A DNA stretch of 64,000 bases from positions 69,564,001 to 69,628,000 of the forward strand of contig OZ287750.1 in assembly GCA_965649765.1 (NCBI GenBank), given 5' to 3'. The notes beneath the pieces were generated by a model. It saw only the letters and a list, made by a program, of their open reading frames with translations. It searched no databases and was not told where the DNA came from. Position 1 is the first letter of the stretch, and the number at the start of each line of letters is the position of its first letter. The stretch is from Bispira polyomma. Lineage: Eukaryota. Both the position numbers and the translations under genes were made by a program. Positions 12,246-27,583 of the stretch are shown here, piece after piece.

Positions 12246-15200
12246 GTGTTAAATGCCATTGTATTCAAAGTTATATGTCTTATCTACCCTTGTCTTGGTG
12301 TGTATTCAGAGCATTTAGTAACAAATGTCCAAGTCCAACCAACCAGCACTTCATGATATCTATTATTCCCTAAACTAAAGAGTGAGGCTTGAGTGTGGCC
12401 ATTTATCAATCACCCCAAGGTTATTTAGCCTGCCACTAGATATATGGCTCACTGACTGAGGACCGCCATTTTAAGTGGTCATCCAAGCCACTATGTACCT
12501 GCCTGTTCCCGGACACCCTAGCTTGAAATCAAAACTAGGTCCTTAGCACAGAAGTAAAAGCAAATTTCCACAAAGACACATATATTTGTAATCCATTCTT
12601 TTGCTTGCTCTAATATTCTGGTAAAAATCTCACATTCTGCCACAGCTGTAATGTTGACTCACTATTTGTGATGGTTAATGTTCTATATTGATGCTTACAT
12701 GAAGATAAATTTACATACAATAACTTCAGATACTGCGCCACATAAATCTTGACACAGGGAAGGGTGTGTGGAAGACATTATTGTTTGAATGTATCTGTGG
12801 TTTTATTATGCTGGGTTAGTCACATAAAAAGCACATAAGAAGAAATAACAATGCTTTACAAAGGATTACTTCGCTACTTCCATCAAGGGGGTGGTGTTTT
12901 CGCATGTGTCTCTTGCTCCATTTGTTTGTCACTAGTACTATACAAAAAGTGTTTGTCACTACTGGTATACATAAAGTGCTTGTCACTAGTACTATACAAA
13001 AACTAAAATACTTTTTACATGAAAATGGCTGGAGGGATGAGACTTGGGCCTGGCAAAGTATATGTTGAAGCTGATTCTGGTAGAAGGACAGATACAGGGA
13101 TTTTTTATTAAGTGTTTGGCACTGTAGCACTTGAGAAGAAGTATTTGGCCTACTGAGTACCCTTCTATTTGTATTATTTCTTCACCACCTACTCAGTAGC
13201 AGTTTGTGTTGTCTCGTTTCAAATTAATCTCAATCAGTAATAGTTAGTGACATTCTAGGTCTCATTTACATGGATGACCGCCACGAATGCACCACAAACA
13301 GTCAGTGACAGTATAATTTTACTTCATTTTAGACTTGGCTACATTAGCAGCGCTTTAGAACTCTTTGTTGCTGAACAAAAATGGTGAAAGAATTATTGGA
13401 ATCTAACCACAAATATAAAGGTTTTCCGTCAAAAAACTACTTGTTATAAAACAAATAATCGTGCATCTAGTTCACTGACAGAGCTTTTTTTTTTTGTTGC
13501 TCATGGCTATTTCTAGGTTTTGTTACTTGTATTACTGGTTGTGACCTCTTTCATCACATGAATATCTCTACTACTGAATGAAACCTAATGAGACGACCAC
13601 AATGCAACGGTGCTATTCGCAGGTTCTTTTCTTTGTCACAAAACGGAACAAAACACATTCTCTGACAAGGAAAATAATATTACAAAACACAAATTACATC
13701 TCATAATGCTCAAAGGATGACAAATATTGTGCAAGTTAGAAATGCGTACAAAATACTGCACAAATTAACTGTAGTAGTATGGACTATTGGTTTATTTCTC
13801 TATTTATGATTTGCACACATGTCTAATATAAACCAATAACTTCAAAATGTGAAAATGAATGTGCAAATAGTATATATCTCAAGTATCTTTGTCTTAACAT
13901 CAGCTATCTTTTGTTTTATTAAAATATTATATACTATTATTATGTACACCATGTAGATATTTAGTAAGAACAAGGCCATCTAACTTTCCTTGTAACTATC
14001 CTCTTTTAATATAGTTAAAGATCCAGTTTAAATTTACTTGTCTTTTACTCTATCCGGATGGTTGGAGATATTTAATTTTGAACATTAGTCTGAGCTTAAG
14101 AATACTGAGGTTTTCCAAGACATCCACGTTTTTCCCTGAAAACGTCATTCAAAGGTCTGAAAGTTGGAAAAGGTGTCCCTTTTAAAATTGGGAAGCTGCT
14201 TTGAAAGGTGTGAGGTTGAAGGACCCTGGTTTGGGAAATATGAAAAATATATAAAACCTGTGTATTATGGAAATTAAATGTCAAATGTTTTGGATATGTC
14301 TCTCAAATCCAGGGGCCAAATTCATCACAAGTTCTTGCGGCAAGAAAACCGAATTCAACCCGACTTTGTGGAACGACCAGTAATTATAATAACAACGATT
14401 TCTCATTTTTCATAATTATATTGCACACAGATAAATCAGGGTATCAACGGTAACTGCAATCTGGAATAATCGTGACCTTGACCTGTTAAATCTTGTCTCT
14501 AACTGTGCTGTACAGAAAAACAAATTTAAAAATCATCCCCTGATGTTATTTGGAAATGTTATTGCTCTCTTTTTATGGCATAGACGCAATGATAGGCCAA
14601 GTGAATTGCTCTAGTTACAAAAAATATAACATGACCATGGTTTACCGTGAAGTCGGTTGGAGTCTGCCTCATTTTGAAAAATCACCTCAATTTTTCCGAT
14701 TGACTTACTAATTGTCGAAATTTGGTTGGGTGCACACTGGAAATAAAAATTTTGAAAATTCGCCCTAAATGATGTGTTTGAGACATCATGAGTGCAAAAA
14801 AAAAAAAAAACAGACTTGATTACTCACTAGCTAAAATTTGTATCAGATCCGATTAGTAACTGTATTGCTGTGATACTATTCCTACAAAACTAGTTAAATA
14901 TGGGTAACAAACACCTCTTAGGATAAATCAAGGTTTACCAGTGATTTAAGAGGTAGTGGAATGACATTTATAAAATACACAGAGAAAGTAGGTGCTAGTA
15001 ATCAGTTGCCATGGAGACAAAAGTATATGTAGACTGGTTTCCAGTATTTGTGCTAATCTCCAACAGAATAATATATTCTTGTTCAGATACAAACAAACTA
15101 AAATATTTTAGATGTGAATATAAACTTTTACAAACTTCTATTTTTTTGTCATGGTGTTTTTTTTACCTATACCACAGTACCATTAATTAAAAGAATTCTT

Positions 15201-16059
15201 AGCTAATAAACTTGATCCAGTGCTTAATTGTCAATAAAACAGTTTCTGGTATAAGTAGTAGTACTTGTCAATAGCGTCTTAAAAATTTAAAGATAGTAGA
15301 GATGGCAATTCTACTCCCATAGCTGGCACACATGACAAATTTTATTCTTCTGTTTCACTTGTGATAACATATGTAGCAACATTATGGTTACTCTCAGGAA
15401 CTTTGGGTATTCCACTAGATTTTGTAGTTTCATCTGACTTTTAACCTAGGTTGTGTGCATCTAAAATGACATTTTGACAAACAACAATTTATCAACACTT
15501 TTGAGTGCACTTTATATAAAAATATTTGATTTGCTTTTGTATTCTACCTCTTTATTAAAACATCTCCTGTCATCCATGGGAGGTGACTGGGAGGTGACTG
15601 TAAAATCGTCAAAGGATGTGGTGGTGGATACTGTCATCACTGTGGCTAACTATCTTCTAAGTGCATTATTCAAAAACAAGGATCAAAATTGGATCAAAGA
15701 TGAGAAAAATGTTTGAATTAATCACTATTAACAAAGCAAGGAATCACTAGACTACTCTTTCTACAGTGATAGGTAACGGATGAGTGGATGGTAGTGGATT
15801 TCTAGACTATGTTATCATTTTCTTCTATTTCTATTGAACTGCATGTTGTAAAAATAAAAAAACCCACACACATTGTACCTTCAAAATATCTTGTTGACAA
15901 ACAATAATTTGTCTGCAGTTCTCACTGCACTTGATATAAAAATATTTGATATATCAATAATTGATTTCTGAATAACTTCCTTCTAAGTGCAGTATTCAAA
16001 AACAAGGATCAAGATCAGATCAAAGTTGAGGAAAAAGTAATCAGTATTAACAAAGCAAT

Positions 16060-16520
16060 GAATCACTGGACTACTCTATGCAGTAACAGGTAACTGGTGA
16101 GGGGTGGCGCGAGCACTAGACTACTCTTTGTACAGTGAAAGGTAACTGGGGAGCGGTAGTAGGAAAAGTAAACTACTCTATGTATAATGATAGGTAACTG
16201 GTGAGGGGTAGAGGAAGCACTAGACTACTCTTTGTACAGTTATGGGTAACTGGTGAGGGTAGTGGGGGCACTAGACTACTCTTGCTGTAATGATGGGTAA
16301 TTGGTGAGGGGAAGTGGGAGCACTAGATTACTCGTTGTACAGTGATAGGTAACTGTTGAGGGTACTGGGGACACTAGACTACTCTTTATATAATAATGGG
16401 TAATTGGTGAGGGGAAGTGGAGGCACTAGATTACTCTTTGTGCAGGGATAGGTAACTGTTGTGGTGTAGTGGGAGCACTAGACTATTCTCTTTGTATTAT
16501 GATAGGTAAATGGTGAGTTT
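16060..16520. repeat. Minisatellite, ~52-bp unit, about 9 copies
   Basis: Consensus gcactagactactctttgtacagtgataggtaactggtgaggggtagtggga. Unit starts at about 16112, 16164, 16217, 16268, 16320, 16370, 16423 and 16475, with one more monomer at about 15745. Confidence 0.92.
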
Positions 16521-19500
16521 TTATAAAAAAAATATCAGTGAGCGATAATAGTAATTGTAGACTGATTTTTTTGTCCCCATCAATGCTTTGATTTTTACTG
16601 ATGGTACACTATTTTGGGCACAAAATCTATTTGACCGCTAGCTAGTGACTGGTTCACTATTTTTGGACTCATCAGTAATTTAGTTTGTGGTTGTATTATC
16701 ATAATATGGCCGCTAGGCTTTTCTCCTCTTATTCTGTTAATTCAAAATTAATTATAATAAAGCGTTCAAACTACGAAATGACTATCCGAACATTAAAATT
16801 GAGGCTGGTATTTTCCATCATATTATTTTTATTTACAAAATAAAGCGCGTTGCTAGAACTTGAATGTATTATTTCTCGACCATCAAAAAAAAAAACTATT
16901 AAGACTACGTAACACAATTGTTCTTAGTCCTAATCAGTGTCCACAAGTTTTGCTGTATTTTTGATACGCTGTATGTTGGTCACTTTGGTCATGTTTTCGA
17001 CATACTGTATTAACTTTGTACATATTTTACGATAAACATGTTTTTATTATGAACACAGAAAAACCCCAACAAAGTTCATAAAAAGGTGGTTTTGGTTTAA
17101 CCACCTTCCCAAGACCGAGGGTAAGCCGCAGTCACCACCTCACCTCACAATTATAAAAATCAACAAACTTTATGCACACATCTGGAGAGCAAACCAGATA
17201 TGCCGCTCGCCTAGGGGTGCACGCTTCTTGTATGTAGTCATCCGAGCCAGTATATACCTGGCTGTAACTGTGAGCCCCAGACTGGGATTGTACCTAGGTC
17301 CTTAAACATGGCTGTGTCAATCTATTTCAGATGACTCATATTTATTTGGCATATTAAAAGTTACCCTACATATTGTTTGTACCAAACAATTATGTTTTAT
17401 ATCAGGGCAAGATTTTTAAGATAAAGGCCATTTTCAAAGGTCAAAAGGTACAACCGTACACAAACACACATCTATCTAGGATCTACCATGATTATGTAAT
17501 TACAATAAACAAACATATGACATAAAAACTGTGTGCTAAAACATTAAAACAACTGTCAATAAAATGAAAACAAATTATCAAGACATAGAGTTATATGATG
17601 GATATAATAATTTTGTAGTACCCTTGGTCAGTTTCGGAATACGTTGTTGTCTATAGTCAGATTGTATAAAGACAAATCCTCTTTTGGGAATAGGCTTCTT
17701 ATAATATTATCTGGACAAACTGGGTAACTATTCTCCAGAAAAACTAAAGCTAGAACTTAAACTCAAATCAAGGATATGTGAAAATTGTTGTGTATGGCAT
17801 AAACCAATGATGGTAACCATTTATTTAAATACAGAATGCAATGCTAAATTCAAATATGCAATGAGCTTTTACTTAAACCCCACCTTAGCCAGAGATATGG
17901 AAATTTCATTGTTGTGCTTAAGTCCAACTTAACCCTGAGAACTTGCCAGAATATGGCCATTAGAAAGCTTTTTGCCAATGATAAAAGGTGAGGAGTTTAT
18001 TTGCTAATGGTAGTTTTTGCAAGTGATTTGTTTAACGACCAGTCTTTATTTTTACCAACCCTGTCACACCCTGTAAACATCCCATTGAGTGTATTGAATA
18101 TGTTACCACAGAAAAAAAGAAGAGATATTGGAGTTTTATATTGGCTTTTTCTTTTTCCTATGTTTTTTTTATGATCAACCATAGCCAAAAAACTCATTTT
18201 CTTTTTAACTTTTTAAGTCTGTGTACATGAATTCGATAAGAAAACCTTTTTTGTGCCACATTTACTTTAAACCTATGTTAATATCCAGTATATGTAAGGG
18301 GCTGCAGTAGCCTGGAGACAAAAAATGTTGACTTTACAATCACTTACCTCACACCAATGTAGTTTCGAATCCTGTTTCTTCCTTCTTGTAGGACATTTTG
18401 TCAGTTTCATGCTGCTTTGAATGTTTGGCTGACCTGATGTGACTTGAGCTGTTTAAAATGAACAAAGTAAATTCAAAACTTAAAAATATACCTCACATTG
18501 TATGAGTATCACAATTAATTTAGTTAATTTAGCAAACTGTTGGACAGGTTCAAAAGGTATATTTATTAGTATTCATTATAAAAGTCTGATAAAATAAATA
18601 ATAATAAATAAATAAGGTTCGTGCAAGTAGGTACTTTTGTTGAAGGCCTGTCTTTTCTCTTCAATTGCTGTGAGGTCAGACAATCTCAACTCAAAGTTTT
18701 TTTGTGGTACTGTTTAGATGTGGAGTATGTTTTATACAGGACTAAGGCTTGTTTTGTGTTAAGACGTGATATACCACCAACTGATTCTTGCTTTTTCAGA
18801 GGATTTATGTTTCATTGATAACCTGATAACCAGAGGCTTATGTGTCCCATTATTACTACCTCAGCAGTGGAATACTGTATTGAGGTCACTTGTTTGAGCT
18901 TTAAGCTATAATCTAGGCAAAACCATTGAAATTGTACATGCCAAATTTAAAAATTACAATCAATATTTCAACCATTTAGGCAATATATTATTACAAAATA
19001 CCAACAATAACAAGGATGCAAGACTTACAACTACATTAATTTATTTTTTTTGTATTATAGTGACATACATTACAGATAAATTACGTTGATATAAAAGTTA
19101 TACAGCAGGATACCCATCCCAATATGGACTTTTATGTTACTTTTCAAAAGTACCTAGTAGGCAAACAGATTACCATAAATTAGATATACAGTTCACTCTT
19201 TCTCTCTGACTATAAATCATCAACAAATTGAGGTACTAAATTTACACTTGAATGGACTAAGACACTAATAAATTGTTGTACTGCTGAAATTGATGTGTGT
19301 TTATGAAGTAACATGAAATATTTCGAACGTAACTGTTGTTATACTGGGTAAACTGGGTAAACACAAGGGAAATGAACTCCATCTTTAACATCTAATTTAC
19401 AAAGCTTACATGTTCTTTGATTGGCTTTTTATCTTATATATCGACCTAAATGTATATCAAGAGGTAAAAATTTATTTGACATGAACTGAGATTGCTACGC

Positions 19501-21895
19501 CCTAGAATATGACTTTATGTATTACTTCACTTTCCATGTTTCTTTTAAGGTAATTAATAAAAATTACAATAAAAAAACAGTATAAGCAAAATAAGTAATA
19601 CAGAACAAACAAACAATGAGATAAAGAAAACAATGCATATTGCTTTAACCAAAACAACAATAGCAACAACAATAGAATATACAACATCCAAACTAATGGC
19701 TAGTGGTATTTGTACAGTTGCTACATCTTGGCTCCCTGTAGAATGTACGTTTAACAACAGCATCTACTTTTACCTTCATAAACTATTCATATCTACAAAA
19801 CCAGTGGTTGACAGACTAAGACAGACTCTGTTTCGAAATGTCTGACTGAGTTAGCAATGTGTAAACCTTTTATATTGTGTGTAGCAATTACACCACTTGT
19901 TAGTTTCACTCGACTGTATACAAGAAATACATTTTTTGAGTAACAATATCCACAAGAAAATGTGTGATATAACACATGTCCTTTTCCATTTTGGAGATTC
20001 AATTAACAGTGTGTTCACATTGTAAGAGTTGCTCTTATTTAAAAAATACATATAAGTGCATTCCTATATTCACAACCAACATTAATCAAACAGGCCTTTT
20101 AAAATTTTTTTCAAAAGACCCTATTAAATACAGTTATATGATTTTGATGAATTAGAAATCTGTCTAGCTGAAATTTTTGCTGTTTATTCTCATTTTAACT
20201 TTAGAAATTTATGACATAATAACTGGCCTTGTTTTCAAAAATAATATATATTCAAGCTGGATAATGTATATGAAGTATGTGAACATGACAAAAACGACAA
20301 GGTAAATATAACTTATATACTAAGTATAAACTTATAATGTTCATTTAATTTCTGGATTTTTTGTGACAGCCAAACCTCTTTATTAGTTTCATAGGTAACA
20401 CCTATATTAAGGCCTTGATATAAAAGAGAAGAAAATAGATAAATGTGTGTGTGCAAATGTGAGTAAGTTTAGTGGGAGAGGTCTCATTCCGCTTCAAAGT
20501 TTATACTCCCTATCCTTTATACTCCCTAACACCTGTTAGCGGCCAGGTACCCATTTATACACCTGGGTTTTTTTATGTTTAATTTAAAAATTACTGGTAA
20601 ATATATGTTGTAGCTATATTTGCAGTTTTGTTAGTGAAAGTTTTGTTTTTTTATTATCCTATTTTAGGTTTTTTCTACTTCAATATTGCAATAATTGTTT
20701 TTAGTTGATTGTTCTTATTCTATTTTTATTTAAAATTGTTTATTTCTATTAAATATTGAATTATTTTAAAAATACACCAAAAATATCCTTGCCCCATTTT
20801 TATTACATTATGAGCCCCACAAAAGAAACCCTCTTTTCAGAAAAACCTCTTTTTTGTGGCATTAATAAATTATTGTTGTAAATAAATTAAAAATATTACA
20901 TAAGTATTTATGGGGTGGAAGAAGTAATTATATGGTCCTGTTTTATCCTGGGTTATTTATGGGATGGAAGAAGTAATTATATAATCCTGTTTTATCCTGG
21001 GTTATTTGTTTCCCAACTTTGAAAATTTCAATGTTCACCATTTACAAAGAAATATCTTCAGTCCCCTGGTTTTTTATTGTTTCCCAACTTTAAACATTTA
21101 ACGTTCAACATTTACGAAGACATTTCCCTGCGGAGTGATATAGAGAGAATGCCCACCTGGGAAGAGAAGGACTTGGTGTGAAGTACATTAGCCCAGGGTA
21201 CAATAGCCAGCACTGTAGTAAAGTTCGAACCTGAGACCCTCTGATCCAAAGTCAAACTTTCATGAAAACATTTTTACTAATGTTGACCTTTGGGAAGATA
21301 GTGACCAAAAATTATTTAGTTTTAGGGCCCCTGTAAGAAATGTCTTTACTGCACATGCACACAATATTTAAAAGTTTTCTGATAAAATGGCACTTCGACA
21401 GTTACTCCAGAAGAGATCAACTTGGTCGGTAATATGTATAGGTTAAGATCCATGTTAGTGTTCTCTCCTTGGAAATAAAGTATAGTTACCAAGGTACAGA
21501 GTGACCACAAAAGGTCCATGAGGACACTGACCTATTTAAATTACACCATAACAGTTATACTTTCTTCTCTTTCTTCTACCAGCTTTTGTATCTAGTAGTG
21601 AGTATGCGTTTTAAGTTTGTTTCGGATACATTGGGAGGTATATTTTTGGACAAAAGCCTCTGAACAAGGGTTTATCAGATGCATTGAATACTGATGAATG
21701 TCCGTCTATATAAGACCGAGCCTTAACCTCTCGATGTCTGAGCAAAGCTTTTTGAACCAAATTACCAGTGTTCGAGTTCTCAGTCTACTGAGAGAAAGTA
21801 AAAACTAAGTGCACATTAGGTTAGGTTCCTAAAATTGTCTTGTATAATTGAAAATTACCCTGTAAAAGCTATATATGATACACTAATATGCTTGA

Positions 21896-22773
21896 AGGTC
21901 TAAACACACACAGCCGCATCCGGATTTTCTGGCGGAATGGGATTTAACTCCCATATGGGATTTATCTTCTTTGCAGCTATACTGACACGAATTATTCAGC
22001 CGAATCCTGCGTAATGAAGAAGATCAGTGGCTTTGTACAGTTTTAGGGTACTAATAGTATAATACCATTATTTTTTTTAAAGTATAACTGTTTAGAAGAT
22101 TGCAGTCATACATTTTATTATCTAAATAAAAGTCATGTAACATTGGTATCCATTATTATCTGTGCACAATTTCACTTTTTTCTTTGTAAATGTGCTGACA
22201 TATGTTTATGACAGACACTCGCAAGATTTATTATAAAGAATAAATATCTCACGTGGTTTTTGGGAAAAAGTAGATTCAACGTTCCCCATAAAAATACTTT
22301 TAGATTTTAGGTTGTTTTACTTTAAAACACTACATAAATATGAAGACTGACACCTCTAATGTATGCAATCTTTTAACACAAGCACATTGAAATAACAGAC
22401 CCACCAGTGCACTGGTAAATAATACAATTAATTCCTTGTCAAACAAATACGTTCTTATCTTTGGTTGAAGTCATGCTGTCAAAAATTGCCTTTACAAGGT
22501 TGATTTATAGAGAGTTTATTGTATATATATAAAATTACCTCATGTAGCTTGATACAAGGTTATATTTTTATATAGAGAGTTTACTGTATACATAATATCC
22601 TCAAAATATATCCGTCATGGATTTAGAAAAAGATCCGTGCAAATTAAATTCAGGTAGGATCTATAGATCCGCATCTGGATTCGGCTAAGTGTGTACCCCT
22701 GCAGTGTTCAAGATGTACAACCGGATTGGCGATCCGGATCTGCATCCGGATACAGCTGTGTGTGTTTAAACCT
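21896..22773. mobile_element. Non-autonomous Harbinger-type MITE (878 bp)
   Basis: TIRs aggtctaaacacacacagccgcatccggat and atccggatacagctgtgtgtgtttaaacct, flanked by tga/taa (degenerate TWA TSD). Confidence 0.8.
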
Positions 22774-24370
22774 TAAGTCTAACCATTAAGGGGCACCAGC
22801 GAACTGTCTGGGCAACCAACAATTTTCCTATAAGACAGTTTGTCCCACCACTTGCAGGAATTATGCGGTACAGTAAACTGAATGTTTCAACCCAACCACA
22901 AAAAAAAAAAGCATTAAGTGTACAAATAAATCTAACTAATGCTGTGGTTAGGGAGTTTAATAATTGAATTTACTTACAAATATGGAGAATGGGAGGGGAA
23001 CTTGGTAGCATGTAATGATAGAATAACACGTTATTGGTTAAGAATGATGGGCAGAAAAGGTGGTATGGGAGGTTGCACCTAATTAATTAAGGTAGTGTAT
23101 AATTAGTGGATTGACAAATAGTTTTATGAGGAGGTCCTGATGTATCCATTTAATTATACTATTTGGTGTTGTAATTGAATATATTTTCTTTCTGGCCGAC
23201 GTCACAATATTATTTGGGTGGGTCAGGCTTGATACTTTGCGTGTAATTGTTGATATATTATTGATAATAATACATAATTAAGTGTTAACACAGTTTTTAT
23301 AACTAAAGAATAGCCAAATGAGTTACTTATTGTTATGATATTAGAAAACACTTTTATTTTTCTTTTATGACAGTTTAATAGACAATTAAATTCACTTTTC
23401 TGTTTCATGTAACAATAAAATGACAAAAGGACTTAAACAAACATTTATACATAGTTATGGCTGTTCTTTGTTTGATCAATAATATGCTAGCAGTGAAGGA
23501 TGTTAATTACATGTCAGTTTTGTAACATATTGATCATTGTATCATTTATCCATAGCACAGGTTTTGTAAAAAAATTCTCATGCATGAATTTCACACAAAA
23601 GAGAGTTTTGATTTAAACATGGCATTGACTGAATGCCTCTGAAACATTTGTCAACTTTAATCTCTGCTCTTTTTAACTTTTTAATAACATGATTTTGCTT
23701 GGCATAATTATAGGATCATATGCTTTAGATGAATTATTAAACAAACACAAAAGAGGGGTTAAGTTACTAGAGAGTACAGGAGGTGGTATTCAGGAAATGA
23801 CTAATCAAGGTTTTGTCTTGGAAAAATGTATAGATTAAGCTATTTTGTGAATACCATCCCAGGGGCCATATTCGCAAAGGGTGTTTGTTTTAACCTAGTC
23901 TTCAGCTTCAAATTTGGGTTGAACAGGTTCAGATTTTGTTTTTAATACCTAGTGACAATCAGAAAAAATCTTTGTTCGGTGTTAACTTTACTCTCAACAA
24001 CAAGCCTAACAGTTGGCAGTCTTTAATATTTTAGACATAAATGGTTTGTATTATTTCAAAAGAGACTATTTTACAGTCTGTAACAAGTACAAGAATTAAC
24101 ATCTTGTACTGCCAACTTATTATTGATTACAGTCAGAAACAAGTACAGGAATTAACATTCTGTACTGTCAGCATATTATTGATAACTTGTTCAATAATTC
24201 TGCACTGTAAACAAATGGTTATTAGCAAAGTGGTGTACCTGTACCATTCAAACAAACATTTTTGGGTCAATATTTGAATCTTTATCACCAATAATATTGT
24301 GTAGTATTAAATTATATCTATATCTTTGGGTTATTTAGAATACTAAAAGAAATCGTATTTTGTAAATGGC

Positions 24371-24481
24371 AGGGCTGGGTATTCGCGAAGGGACTTAGCC
24401 AAGCCTTAGCCTTAAATCTAGCACAAAGGTATACTGATTTAAGCTTAAGACTGGGGTAAGTCTCTTCATGAATACAGACCA
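24371..24481. mobile_element. ~110-bp palindromic MITE, present only in copy A
   Basis: ggctgggtattcgcgaagggacttagcc...ggggtaagtctcttcatgaatacagacc. The homologous site at about 62690 is empty. A related MITE is shared at 23780-23862 and 62385-62481. Confidence 0.75.
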
Positions 24482-27400
24482 AGGGGGAGACACATTGGTA
24501 GAATAATTGATGTACATCATTTATTAGGATTATCTAAGGTAATATTTGGCAGATGTATTTATGAAGGAAAATCATGCTGTGTATTATTAAATCATGCACT
24601 TTGCCAAACCTCGGAGTAATTTTTCCTTAAAAAAATATGGATCCGTCGGCACTAACTCTGCGTACTCAGCTGCATACTATATTGCCAGCTTTCCCACAAA
24701 CATGCCAGGGAAGAGATTCGAACCGATCATTGGAGATATGGGAGGCAAATGAGTTATCACTAATGATCCTAGTTTACTGTTATGACAGGGCATAATTTAA
24801 AGGAAAAAAATAAGCATGACTTATAAATACAACTTCTACTTGTTACTTCAATAATTATTTGTAGTTGAAGTATTTGTACAGAATACATTATATTTCATAA
24901 CTATTTTAAGGGGTGCCTATAATATTATTATGCAAATAACTATTAGTCTATATTATGTAATAGATATGGCATCCCAACAATATTTTTGATCAAGTATGAA
25001 ATAATATCCAAATTATAATTTTTGTAGTGTCATTAAGTCAAGGTAAATACGTCTTCAAAGCTTTAGCTGATAGCAATACCTGTATCTTCTTTTAACAAAC
25101 ATATATTTTCAGGGGGAAGGTGGAAATTGCACTGCATGTTGTGAAGATAATTATGCTGTTGGAGGTTTTGGTGAAGATTCTTTCACCCTGTCTTGAGTAA
25201 TCAGCAGCAGTAAGCAATGAGGGACAATTTAACTGGTAGTGTTGTGAATTCATTCCTTCTTATGTAATAAAACAGTGTTTTAATTGATTGAAGTTGGACT
25301 GTTTTACAAAGTTTCACTATATTGAATTTCCAAAAGGCAACCATTGTAATATAAACTGAAAACAGTACAAATGTCACATTATTGTCTGTTTAATGGATAA
25401 ATTCTTCTGTTACAATTTACTGCAATAGTAACATGACAAAATCTGATTAAAGTTGAATGGCCAATCCTGTGTGCCATCAGTGATATACCAACAAAACTAA
25501 CTGCTAATGAGATGTTATTGTTAGGTGCTATTGTATAAGAGACATATTATATAATTTTATTATAGATCTATGAATCTTCTCTGATAAATGTGATAGAGCT
25601 AACATATTATGATTTGCATTATCATTGTTCTGTTAGCAGGGAGTTTACTTTCATTTTGTATTCTAAAATTGCTACAACATGGTTTGTTGACCCAGAAGGG
25701 ACTTACACTACAGGCCTTAGCTTTACCTTTATGACCATCATGGCAGTCATAACTTAGTTGAAACATGTTTAATAATCCTACAATGAAACATTGCTAACAT
25801 TGATAATTATAATTTAGCTTCAGATTCGGTCATGTTAAGCTTCTTAAATCATCACAATGCAACGTCCAAGCACATCATATAGTGGTGGAAGGAATACAAG
25901 CAAAAGATTCAGTCTTTATAATGGGACAAATGTTGAAAACATAGGTTTTGGGTGTTTTTTTTTTTACAAAAGTCGTCTCATACCTGCAGGGAGATTAGTC
26001 TATTTCGAAGTCTATCCCGAAATCATGTATCCTTATTTTCTATATTTTGTAATTAGCTGTATCTCCTCATCAAACTTTGCCATTTTGTGGTGTTCTGTGG
26101 CTGGGAAGTTGCTCTGGTGATCAGAAGGTCAGTAGTTTAACTCCTTATCGGGGGAGTTGGTTTAGTGATCACAAGTTCTCCAGTTGGACTCCTGCTGATG
26201 CTGCTTGGTTCACTAGATAACTTCCCTGTTGAAAATATGAACATACCAGTGCATACTGATGACTACCCAGGCTATGTTGTAGGATACGTGATGACTTTAT
26301 TGATTTAGATGCTGCCCTTCACATAGTCGTCAATCGTCGCATAAACGCAGAATACTTCCTGTGTATTTCCGGAAAAGTTATTTATAAACAGAAGCAGAAA
26401 TAGAAGATAAATCAGGTAAGAACGTTAGAATTTTGAATACTTGATTAAAAATAATTATACCTGTGGCAATTACTAAAGAAGTGCCTTAGAATGAATTGCA
26501 TGTCAGTTAAAATTGTTATTATATCACAGAAAAAAGCACCACTGTGGGTGATAATATAAGATTTTGTCAAATACATCTGATATAAAGGTATTTTACAAGA
26601 AATTTCAAATACCATTGTATTGCAAGTGTTTAATTTAATCTATATAAAAATAACAGGCATTGTTTCAGTGTTAACATGTGTATGTAGGTCATTTAAAAAT
26701 TACGAATGAATACCTTTACTGGGAATACGTGCATACCTTTACACAGTATATTCTAACCAACAGCAATACCTGAAACCAGAATATTTTTAACTTTTATTTT
26801 GACTGCTTTACATTGAAAATGTTACACTGTTAGACAGTTGTACAGATAGGACAGTAAATAATCAAGTAAAATCAGTGTATAATCTAAGGTTGCAGTTTTA
26901 AAATTACTTTAGTATCAATTCTAATTACTGTACAAGTAGAAAATATCACTATAAATTAAGCATCAAATGTCAAGTAGGTATATAGCACATTTTACTAATT
27001 AGATTAAATACTGTGAATTCATTTCCATTGGAAATTCATATACAAATCTCTCTGTATGGCCAATAGTGAAAATTTATACCTGTGAATTCCTTACAACTTG
27101 TAAATAGAGATGAAATTTGCTTCTTAGGTTAAATTTTCACTTGTACAATATTTAATTGATACATGTATAATATATATACTCTTTGAAGCATAACCTTGGT
27201 TCACATTCACTGGTGACTCGCCAATGTTAGTTGAATCTCCTTCATTACTTCACGTGGAAAAGTTTGTCAGGTATTTGAAGTAAGCCAGTGGTTTACATTG
27301 CTTCAGCACTGATTTCTTCCACCCTTAAACTTGGCTGCCCTCAATATGACATATAAACTGTTGGCTACACAAGACTTAACTAAATTTTAAAATATGTTAC

Positions 27401-27583
27401 TATATGTAAAATCCTGTGTATTTACTGATTTTCCCGAGGGAGAAATCTGGCCATACAACAAATTATGTTGAAGATGTGACTCAAACAAACTCAACCAATT
27501 TGTATATTGTATTAGCAAACTTTATCAGTGATTCAATTATTAATGTTATTTGCATTAATTGTTTGTTCCTTATTTATTCAGGT

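Larger units (their letters stand above)
198..25290 (+). repeat. Segmental duplication, copy A
   Basis: Colinear diverged matches to copy B: 198-4210 vs 47688-52330, 11540-14620 vs 52790-57120, 17230-19520 vs 57340-60990, 23100-25290 vs 61400-64000. Confidence 0.9.

Noticed and set aside
16060-16520. CRISPR-like array
   Set aside because: Whole units are repeated with no unique spacers, the context is eukaryotic, and there are no cas genes.
26230-26321. Possible RT YxDD remnant at the transposon insertion site, continuing after 35720
   Set aside because: It needs a frameshift and is too short to support.
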